Position numbers and translations under genes: made by a program
Shown here: positions 12,370-24,529 of the stretch, one piece after another
How the letters are laid out: each line of letters begins with the position of its first letter
Numbering within the stretch: the first letter of the stretch is position 1
The notes under the pieces: generated by a model
Databases searched by the model: none
The model's input: the letters and a program-made list of their open reading frames with translations, nothing else
Told to the model about the DNA's origin: nothing
NCBI GenBank assembly: GCA_030390025.1
Contig: CM059432.1
Span: 74,402,001-74,466,000, forward strand
Direction of reading: 5' to 3'
Source: Squalus acanthias
Taxonomy: Eukaryota
Length of the DNA stretch: 64,000 nt

Positions 12370-12560
12370 GAATCATAGAATTGTACAGCACAGAAGGAGG
12401 CCATTCGGCCCATCGCGTCCCAGCCAGCTGAGGCCAATTGTCATGTCCCACTGCCACTCCAAATGAGATCAACTAACTCATCACAGAATGGGAACCAAAC
12501 CTGGGATTTTTCTGGTCTGAATTGCCCAATACCAAATAAGGCTGTGCATTTATTCACAGT
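12370..12560 (-). mobile_element. Short CR1-type 3' tail followed by an old tRNA-SINE-like fragment
   Basis: GAAGGAGGCCATTCGGCCCATC tail motif; 12421-12560 resembles 42180-42310 and 58400-58560. Confidence 0.55.
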
Positions 12561-12705
12561 GGTGAATAAAGTCTCATAGCATTGAAAGAGTTGAATATTA
12601 AGCATCAGCTTGTGACTAGCCGAAACAAGGTTGAATAAACAAGGCACTGAATGAGTTACAGGAAGGTAGAGAATTATATCATGAGAATGCTCTTAAGGCA
12701 ATTTA

Positions 12706-12911
12706 GGGTAAATTTTGCAGGGGCCCTGGGTTCCAATGGGATCTTCCTCATAGCTAATGTGTATCAGATAATCGCAGGTTCACTGACCGCAATATTGCGT
12801 CTACTGATTTTATTGTATTGAAAATCATGAAAAGCAGGGCTGTGAATTTCTGATACATGCTGGCTGTGTGCAAGATCCTGCCAGTGGTGTAGGGCCTTGC
12901 AAAATATACCC
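12706..12911. mobile_element. Palindromic MITE (Harbinger/Tourist-like)
   Basis: GGGTAAATTTTGCAGGGGCCCT ... AGGGCCTTGCAAAATATACCC; flanks TTA / TGA. Confidence 0.7.
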
Positions 12912-15900
12912 TGATATTTCTTAAAGTAGCAGGCACACAGTTTTTCTCTTTTGGAGACTTGACTCAGGATTGAACATCATGGTATGTGGAGAGTAAATGG
13001 ATCCCATCTCTTGGCTTAATATCATTTACTCCAATTATTCTACAGCCATTTAATTTACCTATAGGCACAGATATGCACCAATAATCTCAGCCAACTGCAC
13101 CCTGAAGACTTATTTACCAACTGCAGCATAGAAAAAAAAATGAAAACTGGCTAATATTCTGCAAATATGTCATGTGTGTCACTGGCTCACACACACATTT
13201 ATTGTATTTAGATAATGTTTTCTCAATATACTCAGTAATTTATGTGAAAATCTGGTACTTGAATCCCAAATAGCAACTGCTTAATAGTTAGATTACAAAT
13301 GTCTGTTACTAAACTGCAGCTGTTTAACAAGTTGGAATATTATAGTCTTCATATAACTGGCAAAGGGAGAGCATAGACAATCAGGTTCTATTGAAATTGT
13401 GATTAAATGATCACAGCAAATGCCCATCCATTTCCAAAGGCTAGAAATAAATAGCGACCTTGCAAATGTAGGAATTCACCTTCAGCATAATGGGCTCATG
13501 CCTGTCGGAGACAGAGCACTGGAACAAGACTAGCAGGATGCCAGTTTGTCAATAAAAATTGATTGAAGTATCTGACAACTTTAAATCATGTTAGAGTATT
13601 AACGCTAGAATTTTGTTGTGGGTTCAGCATCACTAGTCCCTCCGTAAGCGGACCTTGTGTCTTCTAAGACCCCGAGTGTGACTTAACTAGTATTTAGGTG
13701 AATTTAATCAGACTCAGGGTTGAACAGAAAACTCTTGTCACTGTATTCAGAATGATTAGAATAGATCACAGGCCCACCATGTTATCTTCTGGTCTTTGGT
13801 AGGTGGAAGAATTTAAAGGTGGATTTTCCTGGGTTTAGTGCTCAAATAGTGCCTGGAAAATAGATACTATACGCACAGGAAAAGTAAAGGCTAAACCCTT
13901 TCCCCTGTTCTGCACCTGTGTAACACTGCTCCCTGAGTTTCCTGCATGGCTTTTCTGGTGACTGCACCTGAAGCCTCCACAGGAATGTAGATAACATGTA
14001 AATGATGTCAGATGGCTCTACACATAGATTTCCTATATAGCACCGGACTGGCCCTATAAAAACCTGGTGCTACCACTTTCAGAACTGACATTTAGGTGGT
14101 AAATGACAGATGGGTATTGTCAAGAAAGGTTTTTATTTTGAGCTTTTTGAATAAAAAATGGTTTTGCTGCTTCAGAATGTTTTACTGAATACTGCTAGTC
14201 TTAGAAATTTTAGTGATAGAGGTCATGTTTAATACAGTTCCACCCCCTCTTTTGTGATCGGGCTGCCAAATAAACATATACTGTAAACAGCCCTACAGGA
14301 TGCTTATAATGGAATGGACTGGTTTGACCCATTGAGCAGTTTCAGATGTTTTGAATGATCTTTGAGAGGTCCCCGTGCAAAGATAATTGCAGTAATTCAT
14401 CCCAGCAAACACAGCCAGGCTGGGATGTGTATTCTCTACAGAAACTGTTGGCAGTAACCAATTAGAATCCTGTATTAGTCGATCTCCCATGGCATGGGGA
14501 TAATTAGACCCTGGTTGGGAAGGGGGTGGAAGCAGACAGGAAAGGGAGGTGAGGGTAGGGGAGAGGAAGAGGGAAGAGATAGGGAGAAGGGGAATGGGAA
14601 AGTGGGGGACAGAAGAAGAGAAGTGGGAGGGACATGGAAGGAGGAGAGGGTAACAGTTAAAAGGGATGGGGACAGAGAGAAGCAAAGGCAGGGAAAGAGG
14701 TGGTGAGAAATTGGCAAACTCTCTTAAGAGGGAGTGGAGCCCCTTTTCTCTCCACCAGGCCTGGATTTTCATCTTAAGAGTGTGTGCAGTGGGGTCTTCC
14801 CTCCTGCAAAGCTAGACCTTCTGCTTGGTGGTGGGAGGCAGCACTCTCCCAGGCTGGTTTTACAGCTCAGTGGGGGAGGGGCGGGCAATAGCTCAAAAAT
14901 ATGTTTTCATTGCTCAGTCTGGGGAGGCGATTCATTATCACAGGGCCAATTTTAATGCTTAGGATGGGGTGGTGGGGGGGGGGGGGGGGGGGGGCGGTGC
15001 GGGTGTGTTCAATCCCAGTGCTAATTTTGCAGTTTAATGGGGGATTACCATCCCAAAGGCTATTTCAATGCTTAGTGGGGGTCGTTTCTATCCCCAGGCT
15101 GATTCTATGCGGTGTGGGTGGGTGGATGGGGTGGGGGTGGGGGTGGGGGTGTGGGGTAATCTAAACCCAAGCTGATTTTGCTGCTCAGTGGGGGGAAGTG
15201 GTATCACTACCAAGACCGTTATATTGATCAATGTTGGGAGGAAAGAAGCTGTGGATGGGCCGGTTTGCCGAGCTGAGGTGGGGATTAACCTCATTGGGCT
15301 GAATTTCCCCTTCAGCAGTTGGGTACAATCTGTAGGAGCCGCAGGGAATCTGCCAACACACAAATAGAAGGGCAAGCACATACTAAATAGTGTCCTACTG
15401 TGGGAAAGTTGAGCAATCCGCTCACTTTATAATAATAATGGGAACATGTGCAGTGGACACACGATCGCTCAGCGCCATTTAAAACAACCTAAGGACCGGA
15501 AAATTTACAGTGATTTTTGAGGCTTGGTAGGAGGATACGGAAGGACCAATGAACAGGAGCTTCAAGGTAGCAATTAAATTATATTTTTTTTAAATGGCAA
15601 TATTAGGGCCAAGGCTGATCCAAAAGTGAAACTGCTTTAGCTGCACGCAACTCAATTGAATCTCAGATTGGGGCCAAAAGGCCCAGGGATTTGGTGGGGG
15701 GATACAAATTGAAAGTGATATATCTTTATAAAATACATATTTGAGTACGAGTGAGAGAAACTGACTGCCAGTGGGGAGCTTGCACAGTTTTTAAATTGAG
15801 CCATTAGTACAAGGAAAGGCTTGGAAGACATGAGAGGAGGCCTGTGAGTGGGAGGAGGAGGAGCCCGAGGAGAGCAGGGCGGTCTGAGGGCCACCAAAGC

Positions 15901-16007
15901 AGGAAGAGCAGCGGCCTTCAGACCAACTGTCATCTGGAAGTATTTAACAGTGAATAAAACACCCAGCTCACTGTTCAGTAAGCCCATTGGCCTTAGTAAA
16001 TGACACC

Positions 16008-16922
16008 TTTGCCGATGACACCAAACTTCGGGGTGTGGCAAACAGTGAGGATGATACCAATCGACTGCAGCAGGACATAGAAAGGCTGGCAGAATGGGCA
16101 GACAAGTGGCAGATGGAATTTAATACAGAGAAGTGTGAGGTGATACATTTTGGCAGAAGGAACAGAGAGAGGCAATATACACTTAATGGCACAGTTTTAA
16201 AGAGTGTGCAGGGACAGAGGGACCTGGGAGTTAATGTGCATAGGTCCCTGAAGGTGGCAGGACATATTGAAAGAGTGGTTAGCAAAGCATATGGGATCTT
16301 GGGCTTCATAAATAGAGGTATTGAGTACAAAAGTAGAGAAGTTATATTGAACCTTTATAAAGCGTTGGTTAGGCCACACTGGAGTATTGCGTCCAGTTCT
16401 GGTCACCACACTTTAGGAAGGATGTGAAGGCCCTTGAGAGCGTGCAGAGGAGATTTACCAGAATGGTTCCGGGGATGGGAGATCTTAGCTACAAGGACAG
16501 GTTGGAGAAGCTGAATTTGTTTTCATTAGAGCAAAGGAGGTTGAGGGGTGATTTGATAGAGGTGTACAAGATTATGACAGGTTTGGATAGGCTAGACGGG
16601 GAAAAACTGTTCCCACTAGTTAATGGTACAAGGACTAGGGGACACAGATTTAAGGTTTTGGGCAAGAGATACAGGGGGGATGTGAGGAAATTTTTTTTTT
16701 AGGGCAGTGAGTGGTGAGGACCTGGAACTCGCTGCCAACGGAAGTGGTGGAAGTGGAGACACTCAATGTTTTCAAGGGGAGACTGGATAGGCAAGTGAGG
16801 GAAATAAGACTTGCAGGGCTACGGGAATAGAGCAGGGGAATGGGACTGACTGGGTTGTTCTACAGAGAGCCGGCACGGACTCGATGAGCCAAATGGCCTC
16901 CTTCTGTGCCGTATGACTCTAT
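16008..16922 (+). mobile_element. CR1 LINE 3' fragment
   Basis: FADDTKL...KWQMEFN...RTRGHRFKV; 3' UTR and ATGACTCT tail, interrupted by the Harbinger at 16923. Confidence 0.93.
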
Positions 16923-17451
16923 GGGCTGGATTTTCATAGGGCCGTGGAGGCGGGTTTGGAGGCGTGTGGGGGTTAAAATAGCGAAAAGTGGCGGGCGGAC
17001 CTGATCCCGACTCCATTCCGCCTCCACGCAATTTTGATAAAATCGTTTGCGGTGTTCCCGACTCCGTCCCGCCTCCAAGAGGTGGGAGAGGCCATTAAAG
17101 CCCTTAACAAGCCCTAAATTAGCTCTGTAATGCCATTTTGAAACTTTTTAGCTAGTTTAACCCTTTTCCCACGTGAAGCACGCCTGTTCTGAAACACGAC
17201 GGTGAAACCTGGCGGGAGCACAAGTGGATTGCTGACTCTAAGCTGCAGCTCAACCTTTAAATAGGAGATTTGATCAGCCATCAATTGCAGGTGGCAGGAC
17301 TTTGTTGTCACAGGTCTGGGGGAACTTTTAGAAGGCATAACCACAGCTCTGGAAGTTTGGAGCCTGACACCCATCTCCAGTGTGACCTCCTGGGAAACCC
17401 CTCTCGCCACCCTCATTGAGCGCTTCCTCAACTGAGACATATACCAGAGGC

Positions 17452-18705
17452 ATGGGAGCCATTTATTTCTTTCCCTCCTGGGCATCCGATGAGGATGAAC
17501 AACAGCCACGGCACCAGCAGAACCATGAACAACAGCAGCACCAACAGCAGCAGCAACAGCAGGAACGCCAAGCTGCTGCTCACCCGCCTGAAGCTGCACA
17601 GGCCAGAAGGTGCCAGCGCATGGAAGGCCGTCGGCACAGGAGATACCCCCCAAACAGGGTCTACAGACAGAGGATCAGCTACCTCAACATGTCTGAGCAG
17701 CAGTGCCAAAGGCGGCTCCGACTTTCGCGAGAGGTAGTGGGTGACATCTGCGCAATGCTGCAACAAGACCTGGAGCCCAGAGGACCAGGTGGACACCCCT
17801 TACCAGTGGCCGTCAAAGCCACCACCGCACTAAACTTTTTTGCCTCAGGCTCATTCCAGGGATCAGCAGCAGACATCAGCGGCATCTCCCAGGCGGCCGC
17901 ACACACCTGCATCACGCAGGTAACCGATGCCCTCTTTGCCATCGCGCACAATCACATCCATTTCACCAAGGATCAAGCAAGTGTCACGGCGCGTGCGGTT
18001 GGATTAGCTAATCTGGCAGGCTTTCCAAGGGTGCAGGGCGTCGTTGACTGCACACATGTGGCCCTTAAGGCACTCCATCGCAATCCAGGTATTTTTGTCA
18101 ACCGCAAGGGCTTCCACTCCCTCAACGTTCAGCTGGTGTGTGACCACAAGAAGGAAGTTCTGCATGCTTGTGCCAAGTACCCTGGCAGTTGCCATGACTC
18201 CTTCATACTGCACCAGTCTAGTGTGCCTCCGCTATTCAGTCCACCAGACTAACTTCACGGATGGCTACTTGAAGACAAGGGCTATCCCCTGAAGACGTGT
18301 CTAATGACGCCGTTGAGGAGCCCATCCAACGCAGCTGAGGAGAGCTACAATTCCAGCCACATTTCCACCAGAGCCATAATCGAGCAAACCATTGGTATGC
18401 CGAAGATGCGCTTCAGATGCCTGGATAGATCAGGTGGAGCCCTGCAATACTCAGCAGCCAGGGTCTCCAGAATCGTCGTGGTTTGCTGTGTACTTCACAA
18501 CATGGCACAGCGTCGTGGCTTACAGATGCCGGAGGACCAAGTGGCTCCTCACATAGCCTCCTCAGATGAGGAGGAGGAGGAGGAGGAGGAGGAGGAGAGA
18601 GAGAACGAACAACTTGCAGAGGCCCCTCAACCAGCGGCAGCATTACGCGAGACCATAGCTGCCCGGAATGCAAGGAACGCACTCATCTTGGCCAGATTTG
18701 CTTAG
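17452..18705 (+). pseudogene. Harbinger (HARBI1-like, DDE_Tnp_4) transposase with one premature stop
   Basis: ORFs 17416-18252 and 18304-18705 are in the same frame, separated by TAA at 18250-18252; motifs FFASGSFQ, VVDCTH, NRKGFHSLNVQLVCD, PGSCHDSFI, EDKGYP, IEQTIG, CCVLHN. Confidence 0.93.
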
Positions 18706-18962
18706 CCTAGACAAGCAAGCACTTTTGCCTCGCAGCTTCTTACCAGAGCTACGACAATGGCCCAGACCCAACGGATCCCTAACAATGTGACCACCATACT
18801 GACAATTGCAAGTTATCATAAGGCCTCATTGTGGAAGTCCCATTAGCGAAATGACAGATGCCACAACTGCAGCTGTAGCCATCAGAGTTTTTATTTACAC
18901 TTTACACCTGATGGCTTTTTCACATTAAACATCAAAATTCACCCAAGTGACTACCCTTGTGA

Positions 18963-20928
18963 CTATTTGTGCAGTTTCTTTCTCTTACGCGTGCTCCTAC
19001 GTGGTGCTTCCCCTGTGGCTTCAGCAGAAGTGGAGGCCCCCTGCTCAGTTTGTTGCTGCTCCTGTCTCGACACCTTTGGTGGGCGTCCTCTGGGGTTGCG
19101 AACCTGCGAGGGCTCAGCAACAGTCTGCTGCTCCTGCGGCTGGGCAGGGGTTGAGACGCCGATCTCAGTTGGGTGCGGACTCTGGTGGGGCTCTGACTGA
19201 GGACTTGTCAGTGGCATGGAAGTGTGAGCGCTTGGAGAGGAGCCCCCACCTCCTTGTTGTCTGCCACCAACATCCCTCTCATGGGTCAGGTCCACCTCAG
19301 CGCTTGCAAGTGGATTGAGAGCACCTTGCTGCACATCAGGGGGGCCATGGGGACCCGTATCTGCACTGGAAGTCCTACTCAGAAGGACTTCCATGAAGGT
19401 CTGGTTTCTCTGTTCAATAGATGACCATCGCTCCTCAAGAGATGCCAGTCTATTCTGAACAATGACCATGTTTTCTACACTCTGGCGACTTATCTCCTCC
19501 ATAGCCATAGCCATCCTCTCCTCTACTGTAGCCATCCTTTCCACGGAGGTTGCCATCCTTTCCGTGGTGATGCGTTCATGTGCCAATGACTCCACAAAGG
19601 CTCTGCTCATGTTCGCTATGGACTCCTCCATTCGCTCCACACTTGCAGCGACCCTGGAGACAAAACCTGTCAGAGACTCCTGCATCTGTTCCTGGAGTCC
19701 CAGCACTGCTGATCTTATGGATGGACCCAGAGGCAGAGGGTCGACATGCAGCTGAGCCGAGCTAGGAGAGTCCTGCGCCCTCCGACTAGGACTCTCCACT
19801 GTTGTCCCTGTCTCCACCATCTGCTGATGCTCACTTGTGAGCTGTGATACACCAGGTGACAACACTATTCTATGTCCCGAGGGTCCCACCGAGGTGTAAG
19901 TGTCTGCGCTGGTGCTGGGTGCACTGAGTTCTGCTGATGCTGCACCCTCAGAGGTTGCAGCTTCCTCTGAGGAGTCTGGCTGCTCAGGCTCTTCCTCCTG
20001 GCTAGTGGGGACGGGTGCTTGCGATGGTCCTGTGGGGGAGTAAAGGAAAGAGTCAGAGATGTGATGCCAAGGTTACATGCACATTGCATATTGCAAATGA
20101 TCATAAATCCATCTGTTAGAGCTTCAGATTCATTATCAGCGACTCATGCAATGTCAATGAGAGAGATGGAACACTATTCTGTCACCAGCTTGCTGTGATG
20201 CACCTGTCTGTCCGTCCCCCACTTGCGTATCCTCCTCTACTCCCACGATCTCCAGGACCGCATCCTCCCAGGGGGTGAGCTGGGCTAATGAGGGTAGCCC
20301 TCCTCCTGTCCTGGCTCTTTCCCTTTTATTGTGAGCTCTGTTTTCCTGCAATGAGGGAGACAAGTGGAGTTTGAGTGAGATTGAAGGAGTGAGTGTAGAG
20401 AATCCATAGCATAGATGCTTAGAAGGAGACAAAGATGGATTGAGGTGGTGAGACTAAGGGCCCTCCCTGTGTGTTGTAAGTTGTTTTCAAAGCATGACAG
20501 TGATAGGTAGTGTGAGGGCTGCATAGTCAAATAGTAAGATGAATGTGACCATAGAGGGAGAGGGAATGGGTAAGGGTGCATGGATGTCAGTGTCAAGTGG
20601 GATATGGAGGAAGAGGTTGCTAAAGCTGAGTGCTGGTGAGGAGAGGCAATGGGGATCAGATTGAGCGTGAAGGGAAAGTCATACTTACTTTAGCAGTACG
20701 TAGAAGGTCATGAAACCTCTTCCTGCACTGGATCCAGGTTCTGCAGGTGAATGATAAGGAGTTGACCTCCTGGGCGACCTGGACCCACACAGCCTTGGTC
20801 TGCTGGGGAGGCTTCTTCCTCCCTGAGGAGGGGAAGAGCACCTCTCTGTTGGCTCTTGCTCCATCCACCAAAGCTTGCAGGGCAACGTCATCGAACCTGG
20901 GAGCAGACCTGGGTCATTGGCTGGCCAT
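18963..20928 (-). pseudogene. Harbinger Myb/SANT-like protein, 3 exons (20928-20689, 20345-20186, 20029-18963), one premature stop
   Basis: MASQ*PRSAPRFDDVALQALVDG...WVQVAQEVN...WIQCRKRFHDL; GT-AG splicing (phases 0 and 1) joins in frame to ORF 18963-19889; basic C-terminus RRSTRKRKKLHK. Confidence 0.9.
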
Positions 20929-22319
20929 TCCTGCTGCAGTTGCCTTTAGAATAGAGGTCTAAATGCTTGGCAGCCTGCAGAAGAAGCAAGGCTTGTTGCA
21001 GACCTTAAATGCAGCAGCAATGATGACATCATCGGAGGCGACTTTCAGACTGGAATAACTCATTGGCCATGGGTTCCCACACGTTGGAACTCAATTGGCC
21101 AATTAAGTTAAAATCGCATCATTCATCCACATTAATCTAGAGTTGGGTGGGCAACACGAAATGCAGATGACACGACCCCAACCCGCCCCAGTATCAAAAT
21201 CCAGCCCAAAGACTCTAGTAAAGTACAAATAATCTGCAACCATGGGTAGTAGTTGGTTAAAATAATAGAATTTTAGGAAGAAGCAGGTCATTTAAAAAAA
21301 AAGGAAATATCTGTAGGGGCAGCACTGACTGCATATGACACCAGCCTGGGCAGATCTGTGACAGGCAAGATGTGACATCCTTAACATTGAAAACTCCTAT
21401 CACAATGCCACCTACAGATGTAACCAGTACTACAGGCAGTATCATGGGTTTTCCCATGGGGGAAGGTTCCCATGAAAATTCTCAATGAAATGCATGGCAC
21501 ACGTACTGTATTTAATATATAAGTCTGCCACCAGAAAAAGAATTATCATAGACTAAAGTGTTTCATTTTTGTCACAATTAGTTTGTTTATAAAAAAGGCA
21601 AATATAATACTGTAGTCACTGACCGGAACATTAAATTGAAATTTCTGAAGAGTGACAGTATTTTAGATGGGCAACACTGAATAATTCCAATGAGGGTTAG
21701 AAATGAGATCTACTGAATCGAGTGGGTTAACCTTAAAGCCCTTGGCTTCCATCTCATACAATGTGCTGAGTAAAGGTCACAGCATTAATGTCACTGATGC
21801 TCTATTGCCTACTATGTAGGTGGAATTGTTTTGTATATTAGTGAAAATTGACTCACCATAGAGAAAAGGAAAACATTAATCATTCATGTGATAGCGCCGT
21901 CAGTTCAATATTATATTCATGTTGTGTTAAAACACTGGTGGTCACTGGTAGCTATGTTCTTTTTAAACTAACCTTCTTCTCAATTTCTAAACATATTTAA
22001 TAACCCAGAAACTAGTTTGACCCATTTTAAGAAACCAATTAAAAACTTACAATTCTGTCCTTTTTTTGTTTAATCCCTTCTGGCTACTTGCCACTGAACC
22101 ACTGTGTTAAAGTTCACTGTTCCATATAGTAGCATGATAAACAACTGGTTAATCCCATCTAATAGCAGCAGGGGATCTCAAATGTCAATCAAGCTTGGAA
22201 TTTAAAGTTACACTTCAGAAGTGACCACATAGACCATCTGACTGACAGTCAGTTGATCATCTTTAAATTATTAAAGGTACCAGTATGATTCAGCATACCA
22301 TTAACATTTAGAAGGATTA

Positions 22320-22556
22320 AAGAAAGAATTTACACTTTTATATATCGCCTTTAATGACCTGAGGCCATCCCAAAGTGTTTCACATCCAATTATAATATAA
22401 TTTTGAAGTGTAGTCACATTTTGTAATGTAGGGAAACATGACAGCCAATTCTAACACAGCAAGGTCCCACAAACAGCAATGAGATAAATGAGCAGATTAG
22501 TGGTGTTTGTTGAGGGATAAATGCTGGCCGGGATATCTCTCCAGCTCTTCTTTAAA
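22320..22556 (-). mobile_element. Deu-domain SINE (SacSINE1/AmnSINE1-like), 3' part
   Basis: CACAGCAAGGTCCCACAAACAGCAATGAG...GTTGAGGGATAAAT is the reverse complement of the Deu core as recalled; homologous to 43270-43585. Confidence 0.75.
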
Positions 22557-22764
22557 CCGTGTTAATTTGGCGGGGCGGTAATTTCCTCACATTTTTGGTG
22601 TATTTCCAGTGCATTATTAGGGTAAGTAACTTTTTTGTGGTAGGAAGATGGGGCAGAAGCTGTTGCTGCCAGTATTACGGGTTAAAATTGCACCACTCCC
22701 TCCAAATTCCCTCGTGCTTTTTGGTCCTTCCTGCAATATCCACCTGTCGTGTTTTGAGTGCCAT

Positions 22765-24150
22765 AGGAATATAGAAAACTAGTAGGCCATTCAGATTCCC
22801 ATGGCTATTCTATTAAATCATGGCTGTTCTGTACCTCAGCTCCATTTACCCACTTTTCCTCCATATCCCTTGATACCTTACCCAACAAAAATCTATTAAT
22901 TTCAGTCTTGAAAATTTCAATTAACACAACCTTTTAGGGGAGGCAGCTCTAGATTTCCATTACCCTTTGTGTGGAAAAAGTGCTTCCTGATTTCATTAGC
23001 CTAGCCCTAATTTTAGGATCATGCTCCCTTGTTTTGGATTCCCCCACCAGAGGAAATAATTTCTCTGTATAATACTCTATCGAATCTCATTATTTTAAAC
23101 ATCTTGATTAGATGACACCCTTAACCTTCTAAAGTAAAGGGTATATAAACCAAGTTTATGCAACCTGTCCTCAATTTAACCCTTTAAGCCCCGCTTTCAT
23201 TCTGGTAAATCTGCGCTGTACCCCTTCTAAGGCCAGTATATCTTTCCTGAGGTGCGCTGCCCAAAATTGAATGCAGTACTCCAGATGGGGTCTGACCAAG
23301 GCTCTGTAAAACTGAAGCATCACTTCCTCATTGTTGTATTCTAATCTCCTTGAGAATAAAGGCCAATATTCAATTATTCAATTAGCCTTTTTGATTACTT
23401 TTTGTATCTGTGCACGAGCTTTTAGCGATTTGTATACATGAACACCCAAATCCTTTTGCTCCTCCACAGGTTCTAGTCTCTTGCCATTAAGAAAATATTC
23501 TGATTTGTCTTTCTCGGATCCAAAGGGATGACGTCCTACTTCCCCACATTGAACTCCAGCTATTATAGTTTGTCCACTCAAGTAATCCGTCTAAATCCCT
23601 TTGTAACTTCCTGCACCCCTCTACATAACTTATTATGCCTCCTAACGTAGTGTTATCTGAAAACTTGGATATACAACTCTATATTCCTTCATCCAAGTCA
23701 ATAATATTTTATGGTGAAAAACTAAAGCTCCAGTACATATTCCTGGGGAACACCACTTGTCACATCCTGCCAATCAGAGAATGTTACTTTTATCTCTATG
23801 CTCTGTCTCTTACCTCCCAACTAATTACCATCCCATGTCACAAGGTCACCTCCAATTCCATGTGCTTTCATTTTTGATAATCTCTTCTACAAAACCTTAT
23901 TAAATGCCTTCTGGAAGTCCATATAAAAAACACCTATAACAGTCCTCTTTCTACCATGCTAGTGACCTCCTCAAAAAATTCAACTAGGTGTCAAATTTCT
24001 TGTCTTACAATACTCCTGTGCAACGCCTTGGGACGTTTTACTACGTTAAAGGCGCTATATAAATACAAGTTGTTGTTGTTGTTATTAGTCAGACATGACC
24101 TACACATCACAAATCTATAATGACTCTCTTTGATCAGGTCATACTTGCCC
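22765..24150 (-). mobile_element. Old CR1 3' fragment containing a ~95-bp L2 tail insertion (~23990-24085, +)
   Basis: Degraded RT C-terminal motifs (YFLNGKRLE, DLGVHVYKSLK); L2 tail AAAGGCGCTATATAAATACAAG(TTG)n. Confidence 0.8.
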
Positions 24151-24529
24151 AAATACTCAGAACAACAAACCCACGTTACAGACATGCCCACTTGCTTCAC
24201 CATCTCCTCCTATCTCTCTGAAGTTAGAGATCCAGTGAACTTTTCTCACATAGGGTTGCTTCTTGAACTGTAGCAGGTCCTCCTCTAGAAGCTATGGCCT
24301 GCTAACTATTAAATGCCACCTTCTCCTCCAGGGACACATAAGACTTCCATGATCCCGTACAACAATAGCAGGGCTGTTTCCCTTTGCATTCAGAAATAGT
24401 TGCAGTTACTGTGAAAATGGTGCCGTTTTACTGATCTTTCATGCAATAGATACTTGTGTGGATTGAGTGTGGCTTGTGACCAGTGAGTCAATCCTTATTA
24501 TGCAGGAAACTGTACTGTCATTACAAGAT

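Larger units (their letters stand above)
16923..21207. mobile_element. Near-intact full-length PIF/Harbinger transposon (~4.3 kb, two convergent genes)
   Basis: 12-bp TIRs GGGCTGGATTTT (16923-16934) / AAAATCCAGCCC (21196-21207); transposase on +, Myb-like gene on -. Confidence 0.95.

Noticed and set aside
14293..14772. 159-aa Pro/Leu/Ser-rich ORF
   Set aside because: It comes from a polypurine low-complexity tract joined to a probable L2 remnant.
14965..15160. Poly-G and (GGGGT)n G-quadruplex-like tracts (also ~57158-57185)
   Set aside because: Simple repeats within decayed repeat sequence; homopolymer length is unreliable and there is no evidence of function.
17452..18705. Domesticated host HARBI1 gene
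   Set aside because: It lies between TIRs with a Myb partner, has a nonsense codon, and related copies occur in the window, so it is a transposon copy.
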